This document shows, piece after piece, positions 13,429 through 26,363 of a DNA stretch of 64,000 nt (position 1 is its first letter; every line of letters starts with the position of its first letter). The notes under the pieces are model-generated. The model had not been told where the DNA came from and ran no database searches. It saw only the letters and a program-made list of their open reading frames with translations. Origin of the DNA: Camelus ferus (taxonomy: Eukaryota); the NCBI RefSeq assembly GCF_009834535.1, contig NC_045697.1, positions 111,540,001 to 111,604,000 of the forward strand, given 5' to 3'. A program made the position numbers and the translations under genes.

Positions 13429-16400
13429 ATAGAAAAGAAGCAGGATGCTACAAAAATGAGAAACTCATAACTGCAAAGGAGGTAACTACCATGAATTACA
13501 AAAAGAATAAACACAAAATTGTAAAAGAAGACATCTAAATCATTAAGAGTGAGAGAGGGAAGCAAGGAAAGCCACTATGGAAAACAGTATGGAGATTCCT
13601 CAAAAGACTAGGAATAGACTTACCATAGGACCCGGGAATCCCGCTCCTGGGCATATACCCAGAAGGAACCCTACCTCAAAATGACGCCTGCACCCCAATG
13701 TTCATAGCAGCACTATTTACAAGAGCCAAGACATGGAAACAGTCTAAATGTCCATCAATAGATGACTGGATAAAGAAGAGGTGGTATATTTATACAATGG
13801 AATACTATTCAGCCACAAAAACCAACAACATAATGCCATTTGCAGCCACATGGATGCTCCTGGAGAATGTCACTCTAAGTGAAGTAAGCCAGAAGGAGAA
13901 AGAAAAATACCATATGAGATCACTCATATGTGGAATCTAAAAGATAAATAAATAAATAAATACAAAACAGAAACAGATTCATAGACATAGAATACAGACT
14001 TGTGGTTGTCAAGGGGGCGGGGGTGGGAAGGGACAGACTGGGATTATAAAATGTAGAACAGACAAACAAGATTATACTGTATAGCACAGGGAAATATATA
14101 CAAGATCTTGTGGTAGGTCACAGAGAAAAAAAAAGTGACAATGAATATATGCATGTTCATGTATAACTGGAAAACTGTGTTCTACACTGGAATTTGCCAC
14201 AGCATTGTAAAATGAAAAAAAAAAAAACATTGCAATAGACCCTTGAGTTTTCAGCATTGGTCCTTAGTATGCATATCATAAAGTCAAGGCTGTGACACCA
14301 TTATTAAAACCACGCTCTCAACTTTCTTTCAAGGCAGCTTTCAAAATCATGAACTCATTTTTACAGATTCTTACCCCAAGCAGTGATTCCTAGCCTTAAT
14401 CACAGAAGGATGGGCACATGATTGAGGTAAATTGACTGCAGAAGACAGAGGTATGGGACCAGCTTTCACAGAGAATAAGGAATACTCTGGATATACTAAG
14501 TTTGGGTGTGAATTGACTATTACTGGCCTATAAATTCCTTGTAAGCAGGGGTTAAATCGTATTGAACCTGTTATCACCCACAGCAGTTTCAGGAATACCA
14601 CGCACATAAAGAGAGTAGCTTTAAAAGGACTGACCACTGGGTCTAAGCTGAGCAGCCAAGAGATGACAGGGAGAACTGGGACCAGAGCACAGATTTATGA
14701 AGAAATACAAGAGCATGAGAAGGCAGGAATATGGAAAGCACAAAGGCTGAGACCTTGGAGTTCCAAATACCAACAAAGTTCCACATGCCCTAGAGCTGTG
14801 CTCTAAAATGGCAAATGGGAAGAGAAGACAATGGTCATAGGAGGTAGGAAGAGGGAATCTCACGGGAGCCAACAGTACAGATTTTGAAGTTGCTGATGGC
14901 AAGAGAAACAAAGTAAATAGACAATCTAGCTGTCAGACTGAAGCATGCCTGGAAGCCTAGAGAGACACTGGGCTGCAGAGAATGCTGCAGACTGCCAGCC
15001 AGTGCAGAACCAGGGATGGTGACAGTGACGGAACAGCAGCCTGCAAGTCTACGCTTCTACCTACCTTCCTGGTGAGTCGGGGGGTGGGCGGCTGCACCTT
15101 AAAGAAGTTTGTCCCCAACATGCAAAAGCAAAGTGGGGACACACATGAAAAGAGTTGGGCACATAAAAATGTTTGATCATTGTACAAGCATAATGGGAAG
15201 GCTAAAAGCAGGGCAGTCTGGGGTGCCTGGACAGGCCTAGGGTGTTTTAGCAGACAGCAGGGTTAAGAGCAAGAAGAGAACAGGAAATAAACTGGAAGCA
15301 TGTCAGTGACTGGAGAAAAGGACTTCTTCACAGGCAGCCCTGTTCCTGAGAAACGCCAAGTGTTTATCAAGCCTGGAGCTTCCGCTAGAGCACTGCTTTG
15401 AAAATGATACTAAAAATTTCCCCGAAGGCTAGTCAGAACAGATATTAAGTAGTTTCACAAATGTTTAGTATGGGGAGTGGTGAGGTGAATGACTAAGAAT
15501 CTGAGACTTAATGTTTTCCTAAATTTGTTGGACATTCTTCTAATTCAACCACTGGCAACTTCTGTTCATCAACCAGGAAGGTTAACATTACATTCATATT
15601 TCAAATTAAAGTCTAACTTCCAAAAGAATCTTTTGCTGGGACTATAAAAATGCATCTAAATCGGTAAGTTCAGTCTTTTTCTCCTCTGCATTTTCAGGCC
15701 AGCAAAAATGCTCAAAACAGAGGTCTTAATGATTTGGGAAATGAGTAAAAAATGGACACCACTCAAAACACATGACAAGTAGGAGTCCACAAACCTGCAT
15801 TCGCCAAAGAAGTCCACACACTTGGAGTAGGTGTGAAAATTTTCCTTTTTAGGTATGAAAAAATAATTTCATACAGCTTTCTAGCTAATAAAAAAATTAT
15901 TCAAGAGCGTAACAAAGGCTGACTACAGTCCAGAGCACCAGGCTTCAACACTCAAGTCACCTGGCCTCATGGCCCTTGACTATCTCTGGTTTGAGGCTGC
16001 TCATGACACACTGGAAAAGCAGTGCAGGCCAGAGTGACAGGCCGTGACTGAAGCCACGGGAGGGGCCACCAGGACGGGGAGCACAGACCCCATACCTCCT
16101 ACCCTCCCCACTTGGTATCCCACGTTTTTACTTTTTCTAAAGATGTTGCTATTATAAAAATTAAGCGCGAGTTCACAGAAGAGATTTCCATGGAACATCT
16201 TAATTCTTTCACTACACCTGTACAATTTAACTTAGTTATAATGAACACTAGAGAGCTCACCTCCAATCTACAAGAGAAAGGAGTGAAGCAGGTCTCACGT
16301 CCAGAATCTCTGGTGCGTTTTCAGAGGAGGAGTGCCCCTGTCTCTGAAGCAGTCCCACCTCAGATCAGAAAGTACCCTGAGGTCTTGAAACTCTCCTCCC

Positions 16401-16444
16401 TTTTCCATCTTCTCTCTCCCTCAGCCCTTTCTCCTCCCCCTTTC

Positions 16445-16487
16445 CGTGTACGCACGTATGTATGTATGTATGTACGTACGTATGTAC
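16445..16487. repeat. (GTAT/GTAC)n alternating purine-pyrimidine tract
   Basis: Direct inspection: 43 bp of strict Y/R alternation. Confidence 0.9.
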
Positions 16488-18084
16488 CTACGAACTCTAC
16501 TATTGCCCCTTATTTCTTCCTTTCCTTCTTTCTTGCCTAGACAGGCCTGTAACAGGCCCAACTTAGCCCACTGCCTCAGACAGGGAAGAGAAAAAATAAG
16601 ACATTTTAAAGAAAATAAGAAAAATGTCTTATTACCTCTATTACCGCTTTTCTGGGAGCAACTTCACTCTCCTAGTTTTATTCACACGCTCTACAATTTG
16701 AACTTGAAAATAATTTAGAAGTTTGGGTAGGCTTTCTGGACACAAAAGTGCTTGAATTGTAAAAATAAAAGAGGGAAGGACTGAAAAACAATTATTTCTT
16801 ATGGCAGAAAAAGAGAATTCTAGATATCTTTATGAACAGACTCTGTCTCCCCACCTCCTGTTTGCTTAAGATACAAACAGCAATCAAGATATTTTCACTG
16901 TGAAGAACGACTATTTCAGTTTAGTATTAAACTGGGTTATTTACTTTAGAAAGTTTGTTGCAACTAGTTATCAATACAAGTTATAGAAATAGCTCAATTA
17001 TATGAAGTTGGTCACTGCATTTTATTCTTTAAAATTATAAAGACAAAATATATAGCTGAAATAATATGACTGAATTGCTTCAAAATAGTATAAGAGGATG
17101 CAAAATTTCATCAAGCCGTAGATTTATGATTTGCGTACTTTTTGATATGATCATTAGACTACATTAAAAAGTCTACATATAAAAAATAGTAACAGAAGGG
17201 GGGGAAGTTGAGAAGAGTGTAGCTGAAACAAGATTATCCACAAACCCACTTCAACCGCCCGTTGAGTACTGTTTTTTTTGTAAGTGTTGCAACTTTTCAT
17301 AATAAAAGATGCTGTAAAATGTTACTTATAAATTTAAGAAACGAGCAATTTTAAGATTCAGGCACATAGTGTAAAAGCAGCGCATTTTTAAAAATGAGAT
17401 TTTGATTTAAAATACAGTTCATTAAAAATGAAGAATAAATTTTCCTTTGTAATTTTGTTGAAAGGGACAGTTTTTCCATGAAAAATTCTTGGCATAATTC
17501 TGAGTCTCTATAAACTAAGATGTAGAGGTGGTCTAATTCTGGCAGAAAATTGTTCAAATTCTGAAGTATATCGCAATAAATTTAGGATTTTAAATAAAAG
17601 AAAAACATAATAAAATCTAATTATCTCTTAAAAACACAGTAACTGAGTTGGTTCCGAGATCAGTAAAACTAAGAGTTCTAAAGCACATCATGTGAACTAA
17701 GTGTGGACTCTTTTGCATTAATCCTGCTTTATTCATTCTCTCCCCAGCCCCCTCCTTATATCTTACAATTCAGTAACATTTATCAAGCACCATGAGGCAA
17801 CCAGTAGCCCAGGAAAGATACATTAAATAGCGCTTGCTATATGCAAAAGAAACTATCCAAATAGTATACAGGTCTCCTCTGTTTTCCTAATATAAATCAC
17901 TTACAGCAGGTTCATTATGTCCAGCAATTAATGGATCTTATGGATTTAGAATAAATATTTTCCTTTAAGCTCAAGAACAGAATTGGCTGCAATGGAACAC
18001 ATCAATGAATCCAAATTTGCCTTTGGTTTTTCTTAAAATTCTTTATCCCACTCAAAAGGATAATATGAAAATTGTTACATATTA

Positions 18085-18300
18085 CAGGCATTCCCCAACT
18101 TACAGAAGGGCTGTGTTCTAAAAGTTCATCTGTAAATAAGCTTTCTGGAACTCAGATCACATTTCCCACTGAAACAATTTTATAAAGGGTAACTAAGCCA
18201 AACAGCCACCCCACGGAAATCCACAAAGCACAGACCTACTATGTTTTACTGCAGCACTGTGGGTTTTGTTCCCCTCAACTAACCAACTTGCACCTCTGTT
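18085..18300 (+). mobile_element. Tigger-type DNA transposon fragment (Tigger15a/16-like)
   Basis: TA followed by CAGGCATTCCCCAACTTACAGAAGGGCTGTGTTCTAAAAGTTCAT resembles a Tigger 5' end. Right boundary approximate. Confidence 0.6.
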
Positions 18301-19312
18301 TCTTTGATAAATGCAGTCGGGATTCCAGGAATATTTCTCCTGTCCTATGCTCTCTACACACACGTGCATGCATGTGCACAAACATACACACACACACGAC
18401 CCCTTCCTTGGGTCTACGTGCCAAATGCCCCTTAGTTATCAGAGCACGCACAGCGGAGCACTGTTCAGATGAGTGGCTCTTGTGACTATCTGAAGGCTGG
18501 AGGAAGTTGGGGTTCTAGAGCTTATTAGGGAGCACTGGTCCTGGAACGTTCGATAGTAACTGTCCCTATCGGGTTTCACAATTACAGGGTAGAGATGGGG
18601 GATTATAACTTCTACCAGGTTTATCTTCTAGAAAAATGGTTTTAAAAAATTGGAAACTTCCTAATAATCACTTTTAATATGAATTTTTAAAATGTTTATA
18701 AATTCAGAGCAAAATAAATTATAAGTTACTTTCGTGTCCTTTATCTACACCTGAAGTTGTAAGAAGAATCTCTTCTCCCCAGCTGGACAGTCACAGGCCT
18801 CTGCCCACCACAAGGAGAGGATGCCAGCGGGAGGTCCTGGAAACCAGCATTTAATCTAAGAAGAGAGCTGCCTATATTTGGGACCAACTTTTCTACCCCA
18901 CCCAAAGGCAACCAGACTCATTGCTTTGAATATTTTTAAGCCACAAGATTGTTTTCATGGATGCAAGAAAGGGAGTAAAAAGCCACAGAGATAAAATGAA
19001 TTCATTTCATATGTAAACACTTTCTCATGTGCCTATTAATTTGACAGTTTGAAAGAAAAATACAAAGGGATTCAGTATTCAGGCCTAATACCATACCACG
19101 TGTAATTTTTTTTCTTTTAAGTTCAGAATTCTATGAGCATGCTTCAATTATGCAGTGCTACCAAACCACTGTAAGATTTGAAATGTATTTTTATGAAGTC
19201 CAGATCCAGAAACATGATATAAATTTCCAGAAATCACTATAGAATCATACCAGAACTCAAGAGTTCCAGACTCTTCCCTGTCTCAGACTCAGCCGAGGTC
19301 TATTCCACTTGC

Positions 19313-19475
19313 CTGCATAGGTGTTGGCCTTGTTCAGGAGGTCTGTGCATGCATGCATATCAGCAAAAGCCCGGATTCCTAAGCAGTTGACAGGATGAAG
19401 CTGAGATTCCAAAAATTCACAGCAAGTCTTCTTCACATCCTGTAACTGTAACAGACCAGCTGCTGGGAGAAGTAC
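19313..19475 (-). CDS. KLHL2: KLHL2 coding exon (163 bp; probably exon 5), end of BTB and start of BACK domain
   Basis: [54 protein letters not shown] plus 1 nt. Acceptor tattacag|GT, donor GCAG|gcaagt (GC type). Its phase-0 start fits the upstream exon. Confidence 0.95.
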
Positions 19476-22400
19476 CTGTAATACACAAGTAAGCATGGTT
19501 AGAAACTGACTAGAAAAGTGTCACCATTCCCCGCGCCTACAGCGGGCTCAGGGGTCCAGCCACAGCTCATGATCTGCATCCAGACACAAGCATCCCAGAG
19601 AAAAGTAAGGTAACAATCATTTGTAAAAAGGGTGATGACTCCTTACATTCCCCATATTTTTCTATGGAATCTTTCAAAGGTCTCTTCTTGGTCACAAGAA
19701 TTAACAGATATCAGATCGTATTAGGTCAACGGTTCTTTTTATAAGCATAAACAAAATGCTCCACTGAATTTTAAAAACATAAATTATTAGGATGCTAGGG
19801 GGTGCTGTGGTTCAGTGAAAATCTTTTTGTTCCCTTAGTAGTTCAAGTAGTCATAAACTTCAGTGATTTGGGGGGAAGAGTTAAGCACAGAGTAACATAT
19901 GCCACAACCCAGCCTCACTTTGATTTTCCACTGTCTGAAATACCACGGACTGCTTTCCTTAGAGGGGGAGGACAATTTTAAACCTTTAAATTTTAAACAG
20001 TCTCTAACTACAAGCAGACTAATTTCTCTAAAATGTAACATATCTGCTAAAAAGGAAAACATAAAAAGTAATTGCCTAGTAATAACTTTTTAATTTGTGT
20101 TTTTATTTGAATAACTCCTCCAAGAGATTTTGTATTAATTAGGTTATTCTTTGAGATTTAACCAGTATCGTCACTATAAATACCACATCTTTTCAAATAG
20201 GTCAATGATGGAAATATTTTTCCCTATAAGTGAATTAGTATGATGCTATATTAGAGACCGTATTTGAAAGTCAAATTGGAAAACTTCATAAAAAAGAAGT
20301 TTGCAAGTTCTTCTATAAAAGCTAAAAGAAAAAAAAAAAAAACCTCAACTTTCAGAAAATAGAAAAGGTCACATGGCATATTAACATAAAAAATAAGTAA
20401 GACCTAAGTTCCTCCAGGGACTGACTTTCATGTATACCAAGCAGCAGCCCAAAGAGAAAAGAAATAGTAGTTTTGAATATCCTTTACGGTTTTCCTAAAC
20501 ATACGTGGGAAGTCCCAAGCGTGGAAGAGTAAGTGCATCCGTGTCTTTCTGTAACACAATCTACTCTATTTTCTTAAAGGAACCACAGCAGCTCTAAGTC
20601 TAGATCTAAAGTCTGTGTGTGCGCCTGCACGTACACAATCAACCGGTCATGAAGCAAGGACTAGAGGAACAACGTTTAATGTTTTAGTCCAATTCCACCA
20701 GCTAATACTAGTTTTCTCTGAAAACATGGAAACAATATCTGGTGACAATGCCTTTTCCTTCTCAATTTAAGGAAAATAAAGTGGAAATAATTCGTTTATA
20801 GCCAAACATCTTGTATAACATGTATAGTGTGCTTTATTATGTAATGGGAATCAATCTCCATGGAAGGCTTTAGTTGCTGATAATCTGCAAATTGGAGTTT
20901 CTCTACACTGGTCTAATTGTGCTCTGAAGTAACGTAAAGTACGTTCCAAGATGCTTAACTGTGCAGCCATTTAATTCAGCAAATACATATAGTTAAGAAA
21001 GTAGTCTTCAGTGTAAGATTCAATCTCTGTGAAATTTGCACAAACAGTGATGATCACCCATCTGATCAGCATCTTCCCAGACACAACACAGTGTACTGCA
21101 GCAGTATTCAAATTGCTTGGTAATAGAGAGAGAGCGATTCTCAGAGGGGAGAAGTTGCTGAGCAGAAGCAGACTCACTCACATACTACTGGTGGGTGTGT
21201 ATACTGGTTCAACCTCCAGGAAGAGCAATTTGTCTATTTAATCAAAATTACGAATGTACATATCCTCAGATCCAGGAATTTAACCCACAGATGTAAAAAA
21301 GCTCACATACGCAAGACTTTCACTAGAGGGTTATTGTGGGTAATAGCAGAAGCTAGAAAAAAGTCTCAATGTCCACCATAAGGAGACTGGTTAAACACTA
21401 ACGATCACCCATTCGACAGAACCCTCTGCAGCCATTCAAAAGAATGAGGAAACTATACGAATGGGACAATTTCTAAGATATATTAAGTGAAAACAAAAAT
21501 CAGTGATTGGTTTATCCTATGCTAACATACACATACACACCCACATTTATATACACATCCATCTAAAAAGGCAGCTATAGCAGATTTAAAAAATTTTTAT
21601 TTTGCTTCCTTGACTTCAACTTCATCACTACCAAGTTCAGATCTACTTTATCAGGAGATTAAAACTCACAAAATTGTAGAATCTCAGATCTGGAAAGGAT
21701 ATAACAAGTCATGCAGGCCAGGAATATAAAAGTTATTTCAGCTGTAGGCCACATGGTTAGAAATTCACATACAATTTTTTTTTTTAATGATGGTAGTGAT
21801 GGATCAAGTGGTTCCACACTTGGCAAACATATATTAAATATAACTAAATGTAAAATATATATAACAAATTTATTTATATTTTCCTTTTTTATCAGTAAAT
21901 CCTTCAAAATGCCTAAGTTTTATGACATAATTTTCCTATGACTAAACTTCAATAGCTCAGAATTTTAAATTAATTATATGCAGCTTTAAAAACAATTAAT
22001 AATTGGCCCAAGCTTACTGACATGACCCCTGACGACCATCAGTCACTCATGACGAAAACTGGAAGGTAGCTGGGGCCACACCCACTGTCCAGATTACTCC
22101 GTGTATTAGACAACCAGCTAACAAACAAAATATGCTCCAAATTTCAGGTTAACCATATCTCACAATCAGAACCAAAGAGCTAGCAGTCTATGAGCTGGAT
22201 GCCTTGGGATCAAATCAAATCAAACCTCCTAATTTGTCTGACGAAAAAACCAAGTCCTAGAGAGGCCAAAAGACTTGACCAAGTTGTACAACCTGTCAGT
22301 AGAGAGCTAGTGATAAAAATAAGAATTCGCCAAAAATAAAATTCGCCAACCCTTTGGTCTACTGTTCTTTCCACTATCCTGAGCCTCCTCTGTAGGTGTT

Positions 22401-23869
22401 GAATGGAGGGCTTGTCTAATTTCTAAATCTGCAATACTGCTCTTTTCAGCAAGGGTAATAAAGACAATAATCATTTCAACATCGCATTCTTGCAGCGTCT
22501 TCCATTAACTGAGTAATTACTACGTCGGGCCCAGTACTAAGCACTGGGCAGGCAACATCTCACTCCCTCCATTAGACACAATGAATACAGAGCCTGGGAG
22601 AAGCTGGTAACCTGCCCAAGATCACGCACCTGGCAGGTCAAGTCTTCTAGGAGCTTTTAGATGGCACACAGGAACATTCTCACGTTGATAGTCAGGAATA
22701 AGTTTTTAAAGTTACTATTTATTTCAGGAAGATAAATCCTTTCTTAAGTAAATTTATTTAAGCAAAACTTGAGTCATGTAGAGAAAAACATTACTGGCAT
22801 CAGCACTAGTGAATATAGCAAAGTAATGAAGATGACACATAAATTACTGACTTGGGAGATCAGATTTAAGTGTTCTAATCTTTCAATGTCTGGTACCATT
22901 CTGATTTTCTGTGGTGTTTACATATCATTGAAAACGAAGGATGTGCTTTTTAATCTGAGGCCATCATAATCCCATGGCTTATTTTCTCCAAAGCAGACTA
23001 ACTGTACATTTAGTAACAAAGGTAGGAAGCTCATTGATTGTAAGGAGGTGGTTTCTTAATGTTCTATTTAGGTCACAAAAGTATCTTGGGCATTGTCATT
23101 AAGAGGTCTGAAGAATATGACTTTTAAAATTAATTTTTCTGAGCTCTCTAGAGTAAAGGAACGGCTGAATAGTGCTGCTTCTTATATGAAGCAGAAGTGT
23201 ATCAATACAATAAAACCTCCAGTCACAAAGAACTACAATCTAATAGAAAATTTCCATCTGCTTTCACCTTCCATATGCTTCAATTTTCAGATGCTTCAGT
23301 AGTATTCCTGCTATGACTGACTGAAAAAACCCTAAGTAAGGCACTCTAAACTCCTGAAGTGTATTCCAAAACATCAAAGAAAAAGCAATGACATTTGCAG
23401 TATACTCTGAATGTTAATGATATATTCTAGTAATCTAACAGTGATCAATTCCCATATAATGTATACACTGAGGAAGGGCCACATTCCAGAAGCTAAAACC
23501 CTGGTGGGAGCAGGGTCTGAGTGGAGAAACTTCAGGTCGCTACTAACAGCACCGCTCCGTTCCACCTGCTCTGTGACACTCAGCGCTATCAGAATCGACC
23601 TCACGTATCTGCCCCCACATTTTCTCTCTCTCTCTCTCCCTGCAAAACAACATATGCTCTAAGACAGCAGAGTCACATCTGTTTTAGTCCCTGCTGTATC
23701 CTCAGGTACCAGCAGAATATGTAGGTGGGTAATAAATAAATCAACCTGAATGTAAATTAACTTGTCACTCTATTGTGTGTTTGTATTTTAAAAGAGGTAC
23801 AATTTTGGATGTCTTTTGACCCAGAAATACAAATGCTATTTCTAAAATGTATATGGGACACTTGTGTCC

Positions 23870-24350
23870 TACTGCGAATCCTCTCGGTCCCACCTCCTGC
23901 TCAAGCCACCACTGCAGCAACCAAGTCCAAGCAGGACTTGATCCCCTCTGTGAAGATGTAACTTAACAGCGCCTCACCCCGGCCCCTGCCATCCCTCCCT
24001 CTGGCTGTCTACCGGGGGTGCCCTGGGGACTCACACCTGCACAGTCTGGAAGCACAGGGGAAACGATGCTTGTGGGGCCACCACCAATCAGTGGAGAATG
24101 GTCCAAAGGAAGATGATGGGAAAATGCTCCCCTTTTCTCTTCCCCAGGTGGATAGTTCTGAGACACATTTCATAAGGCTCCTCAAAAGGTCCTGATGAGA
24201 ATAAACACGTTACATTTAGATGTGGCCTGATCTATACCACATCTTAAAATGGTTTTCCCTCCTTTCCAATTCAAATCCCCTATTCACTCACTTCACTGTC
24301 GCCCTCTTCCATCACTTTCCAAATAAACTAACTGCACAAAGGCTCTGCTA
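23870..24350 (+). mobile_element. Old ERVL LTR (LTR16-like)
   Basis: CCAATCAGTGG...GGTGGATAGTTCTGAGACACATTTCATAAGGCTCCTC...TTCCAAATAAACTAACTGCAC motifs typical of the LTR16 group. Confidence 0.6.
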
Positions 24351-24518
24351 TTATAGGCTATTATATCATACACAGAACAAACTGTGAATGTGGACATATT
24401 TAGTTATAACAGTATTATAGTGCTGTTTATAATATCAAGAATTGAACTTCAATGTCCAACAACAAGGGGTAGATAAGTAAACTCTGTATTATCAGTAACA
24501 GTGAATACTTTGTAAGCA

Positions 24519-24847
24519 CAGCTGTCCCACACAGTTTCCATGGGGGATTGGATCCAAGACCCCCCAAGGGCACCTAAATCCGTGGATGCTCAAGTCCCTT
24601 CTATAGAACAGTGTAGTATTTGCATATAACCTACACATACTTCCCACATACTTCAAACCATCACTAGATTACTTATAGTACCTAGTACAACGTAAATACT
24701 ACATAAATAGTTGTAAATACAATTTAAGTGTTATGTGACTAATTCCCAGCACACAGCTTTTTGGAACTTCCTGGAATTTTTTTTTTTTAATATTTTCAAC
24801 CTGCAGCTGGTTGGATGTGGAACCTGCGGATATGGAGGGCCCACTGA
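24519..24847 (+). mobile_element. MER2 (TcMar-Tigger MITE)
   Basis: CCATGGGGGATTGG.TCCAAGACCCCC...AAATCCGTGGATGCTCAAGTCCCTT and 3' end GAACCTGCGGATATGGAGGGCCCACTG, with degenerate TIRs. Confidence 0.85.
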
Positions 24848-26245
24848 ATTAAAAGAGATATGGTAGATAAACAGTTAATGACTTGGGAAAACATTCCTAA
24901 TATAGTTAGTATAAAAAGCTAACTTCCAAACAATGTAGAGTGCAATCCCCTTTTCTGCGAGTACATGTACATGTCAACACAGGACGGAGCTAGAGGAACG
25001 GTACCATGGTTGTTAACGGGGATTACCTCTCGTTAATAGTCTTACTGGAGGCTTTCTATTTTCTTCTTTTAATTTGTATTTTTTAAATTTTCAATAATGA
25101 ATACGCACCACTTAAATGGACACTTATTATTTTAAAGAAAGTCGGGGAGAAACAAGTAAAGAAACGCCTTTCTGGACCACCAGAATTCCAGCCAATACAG
25201 CGATGGTAACTGGAGCTGTTTACTCAGTGACTATCACCCACCACTTGCCAGACACTGCCCGGTCTGGCCTGTCCTCTGAACACCGGGAGGCTGAAAGGTC
25301 TTTCATTTCATCAAGCTAGTGTTTTGTACGACATAAAGCAGGCGCTACACATTACTGTTCTTGTTCATATGAACAGCATCTTTCTGTGCTTGGAGAAACA
25401 TGAACTAAAAGAACGTGCCAGCTGATTAAATAAACTGACCTTCAAATGCCATCACTTTGTTAAACAGAAAAAAAATGTTTTTCATCTAGACATGTTGATT
25501 CCCAACATATGGAGACACAGAAAGCCTAAACATTTTACCCTGTGGAGATGTGTTCTGCAATGAACAAAGAAGTGGGGGCAAAGCTACTGCTGATTACTGA
25601 AGACAAGTAGAACAGAGACAGAGAAGACACCCAAGCCAATTAGCACCCGAGCGACACTCTTATCCCAGCTGCACATTTTAAAGTAAGATGCTCTCATCCT
25701 ACTTCACGTTGCTGACAAGCCAAATTACACATAAGATGTTTCGCTTAGACAAGTACACTCCTTCTGCTTGGCTATTAGGATCTCAAGTTTATTTTGAGCT
25801 TGGACACTTACTCCATAGTGGGAAATAATTTATGCATCTCTTAAATCTTTTAAATCCTGAGTCATTTACAGTGTGTTTATTAGAAGACACTACCAAAGGG
25901 TCTGCTTATTCCATAGATGTAAGATTTCCAGATGTCTAGGAAAACATTCGAACACAAAACTCACAGCTCAGTCGCTGTTAACATTACAGTCAATGTACTG
26001 ATAAAAAGCAGATTTTTATTAATTTCTCAGCCACCTTATACTCATATCAGAAGCACCTATTTATGAAAATGTCAGGGCCTAGTTGCCAGGAATAATATGA
26101 AAACAAACAAGAAAACAGCTGTCCAAAGAGCATTAGCAGAGGGCAGAAATTATCCCCAAACTTGTATCTTGTTAGACTAAAAATGCCTCATTATGAAATA
26201 TAACCTATATCTTTCATTAGCACACATTTTCTAAAATCTGCACTT

Positions 26246-26363
26246 GGGTGGGAGTAGGGGACATACAGCTCAGTGGTGGAGCACATGCTTAGCATGCATG
26301 AGGTCCTGGGTTCAATCCCAGTACCTCCACTGACAAAAAACAAATAAACAAACAATAACAAAC
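26246..26363 (+). mobile_element. Vic-1-like SINE, short-tail form
   Basis: Same tRNA-Ala-like head, then CCTCCACTGAC and an A-rich tail. Confidence 0.85.

Larger units (their letters stand above)
11431..14225 (+). mobile_element. Internally deleted, relatively young L1: complete 5'UTR, ORF1, ORF2 C-terminus, 3'UTR and poly(A)
   Basis: TSD AACA(C/T)TGCAATAG at 11419-11431 and 14226-14238. ORF1 12563-~13428 with frameshifts. Abrupt jump at 13571/13572 to the ORF2 C-terminus, which ends at 13940. Confidence 0.92.

Noticed and set aside
1..19312. Glycerol kinase retrocopy, which I recall (unverified) lying in a human KLHL2 intron
   Set aside because: No GK-like ORF or fragment is visible in the part of the intron covered by this window.
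21046..21070. C/D box-like motifs GTGATGA...CTGA
   Set aside because: The boxes are only about 10 nt apart and lie on the strand opposite to the host transcript, so this is not a snoRNA.
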